From the NCBI RefSeq assembly GCF_018350175.1, contig NC_058368.1, forward strand, positions 108,936,001 through 109,000,000: a DNA stretch of 64,000 bases, read 5' to 3'. The first letter of the stretch is position 1; each line of letters begins with the position of its first letter. Source of the stretch: Felis catus. Taxonomy: Eukaryota. Made by a program: the position numbers and the translations under genes. Positions 62,053 through 64,000 of this stretch are shown piece by piece. The notes under the pieces were generated by a model. That model did not search any database. It was not told the origin of the DNA and saw only the letters and a program-made list of their open reading frames with translations.

Positions 62053-62999
62053 CGCCGCGCCCGCCTCCCCTCGCCCCGCTCCACCTGCGGGACTCGGCCC
62101 TCCCTCCTTCCCAGTCCCTCGGCGGCTGCAGAAGGGCCAGCGACCCGATCCTGGCGCCGAGGAGGTGGGGGGCGCCCCCCAACCCGGACGGACTTCCCCC
62201 GCTGGGCTCCCGCCCTTCTCCTCAGTGGTCCTGCTGGGCGCACGGGCTCCTGCTGCCCGCCCACCCCGCCCCCATCATCACCACCCTCAGGTTGGGGAGG
62301 AGGGGGGACACGCGGGTCCGGGCCAGGCAGGCTATCGGGGAAGCGGACGGACCAGTGGAGAAGACCTTGAAGAAAACGAGGGACCCGGGGTCCACCCACA
62401 GGGCCAAGCTCCCAAAGGGATTCAGCCTATCCCCAGCTCCTGTGTCAAGCATCCTCCTGGTGACTTACCTGTGGGTGATGGGTTGATGACAAGGGGACCA
62501 ATGAAAGACTGAGGTGGCTGGGATGGCATATTGGGGCCAATTCTTGGTTTGCCCAAACCCCTTCATACAACAGGGACCCAAAACAGTGGACACCTCATTT
62601 ACCTAGTCCCGTCTGGGAAGGAATGAGGGCTGGGATGCGGCAAATCTCAGCCTGAGTCCGAGGAGGCCCTGGCGGACAAGCAGGTTCCCACGCCTGCTCT
62701 GTAAACCTTCCTGGTCATGAATGAGGGGAAACACGGTCTGAGAATCTCATCAGGGAGCTAGCCCAGAGTGGGAGGTACCCAGCCTCCCCGCCCAGGCTGT
62801 GTGGGGATATTCCCTATGGCACTCTGTCCAGGCTGGCAGCCCAGACCTGGGGAAGGCACGAGCACACACATAGAACTACACATAAAATACGGAACAAGCC
62901 ACTGTTCCGGCCTGCGTCAGCAGCCAGCCAGAGCCTAGCTAAAACCAAACAGAAACCTTCCTGCATCTGCTACATCCTGTTATGCCACAGGAGCCCCCC

Positions 63000-64000
63000 T
63001 CTATCCAGATTCGCCCATCCTCTCCCTGCTCTCAGGAGCTTGCCCTGTGGATCATGCCTTCTCTCTCCTGAGTGTTCAGCCCCTCCATTTCAACTGAATC
63101 CTTCCCTTGACCTATAAGTAGGTGTAACCCTTTACTGTGGAAACAAAACCCTCATTCGACTCCACCAGCTACTGCAGTGTCTTCTCAACTCCAGCAAAAT
63201 ACCTGAAAACAGTGGTGTTTCAATCCTTGTCCTCACTTCTCCCCCCCCCGCCCCCTCCCCCAGGCTCTTACAGCAGGCCTTCTGGTATCCTTACAACACC
63301 AAACCAGGTCCCAATAAACTCTATAACTTCCAAGTCTCAGAATTCAATAGTCTATCTTCAGTTCTCATCTGCCAAAGCCCCCAGCCACATTTGACTCCCC
63401 TGCAGTGTCTAACCACTGCCTCCTTGGAACACTTGTTTCCCTTGGTTTCCACCACCCTCTCTGGCCACCACCGCCCCATCTTCTAACCTCCCAGTACATC
63501 TTCCTCTCCCCCTCTCCTCATTAGTCCCTAAAGTTTGGGGGGGTCCTCAAAGCTCAGATCTATGTACCCTACTTTCCTCCTCTCTAATTTCTTCCTTTAC
63601 ACAGGTGACTCACTTCTCTACACTTGCCCTGAATCCCAAGCTCCAGACTCCTATAACTACCTGCTGAGTCTATGTCTCCAAAGGAGTGTCCACAGGCACT
63701 TCATTCACAACCTGCCCAATACTGAATCCCAGCTCTCTCCCTTCTCCTTTTCACACCACCCACATTCTAATTCCCTGCTTCACTGAAAGAGCCACCCTCC
63801 ACTGAGTACCTAACCAGAAGCCTGGGAATCACATCTCCCTCTGCCTTGCCCCCAGACGTTATCTTTCCAGGTCTCATGTCCATTCACTTTGGCCACCTAA
63901 ATCTCTCTTCAATCCATCCACACTGCAGCTACAACAATCACCTCAAAATTCAGGTCTGAACCCATCACTCTCAGCTTAGTAAATGACATTGTTCTTAAGA
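63000..64000 (+). mobile_element. L2 fragment upstream of the P4HA2 promoter
   Basis: Pyrimidine-rich L2 3' region (ctccttggaacacttgtttcccttggtttcc...aagcctgggaatcacatctc). Confidence 0.6.

Larger units (their letters stand above)
61250..62400. promoter_or_regulatory. P4HA2: CpG island / TATA-less promoter of P4HA2
   Basis: Very GC- and CpG-rich, with several GC boxes (e.g. CCCGCCCC ~61853, GGGCGGGG ~61701); surrounds exon 1. Confidence 0.92.

Noticed and set aside
61173..62512. Long overlapping ORFs (437, 223, 185, 180 and 161 aa) on both strands
   Set aside because: Low-complexity Pro/Arg/Gly/Ala translations, expected from stop-poor CpG-island DNA; no recognisable domain

Overview
Mammalian genomic DNA, almost certainly felid (felid-type CAN-SINEs and L1 3' ends). 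The right half holds the complete P4HA2 gene (prolyl 4-hydroxylase alpha-2) on the minus strand: CpG-island promoter and non-coding first exon at ~61.3-62.5 kb, ATG at 53057, 14 coding exons per isoform, stop at 27898-27900, AATAAA at 27514-27519. A pair of mutually exclusive exons (60 and 66 nt) gives 533- or 535-aa isoforms. I traced every coding exon by hand: all have GT-AG boundaries and consistent phases. The left 27 kb is repeat-rich intergenic DNA. It contains a decayed class I ERV (LTR-PBS-gag-pro-pol) with three solo LTRs and four SINEs nested in it, several L1s, L2, MER3/MER20/MER53, a hAT transposase fossil and an MLT1 LTR. Less expected are an orphan promoter-like island at ~18.3-18.8 kb and a well-formed + strand micro-exon at 23.58 kb, together a candidate convergent antisense transcript. 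There is also a ~3 kb coding-like stretch on the + strand in P4HA2 intron 10 that I cannot identify. I see no prokaryote-type or clearly new biological system; the leads are splicing, regulatory and genome-evolution signals. Repeat family names and most repeat boundaries are by eye and approximate. Exon numbers count the non-coding first exon as exon 1.
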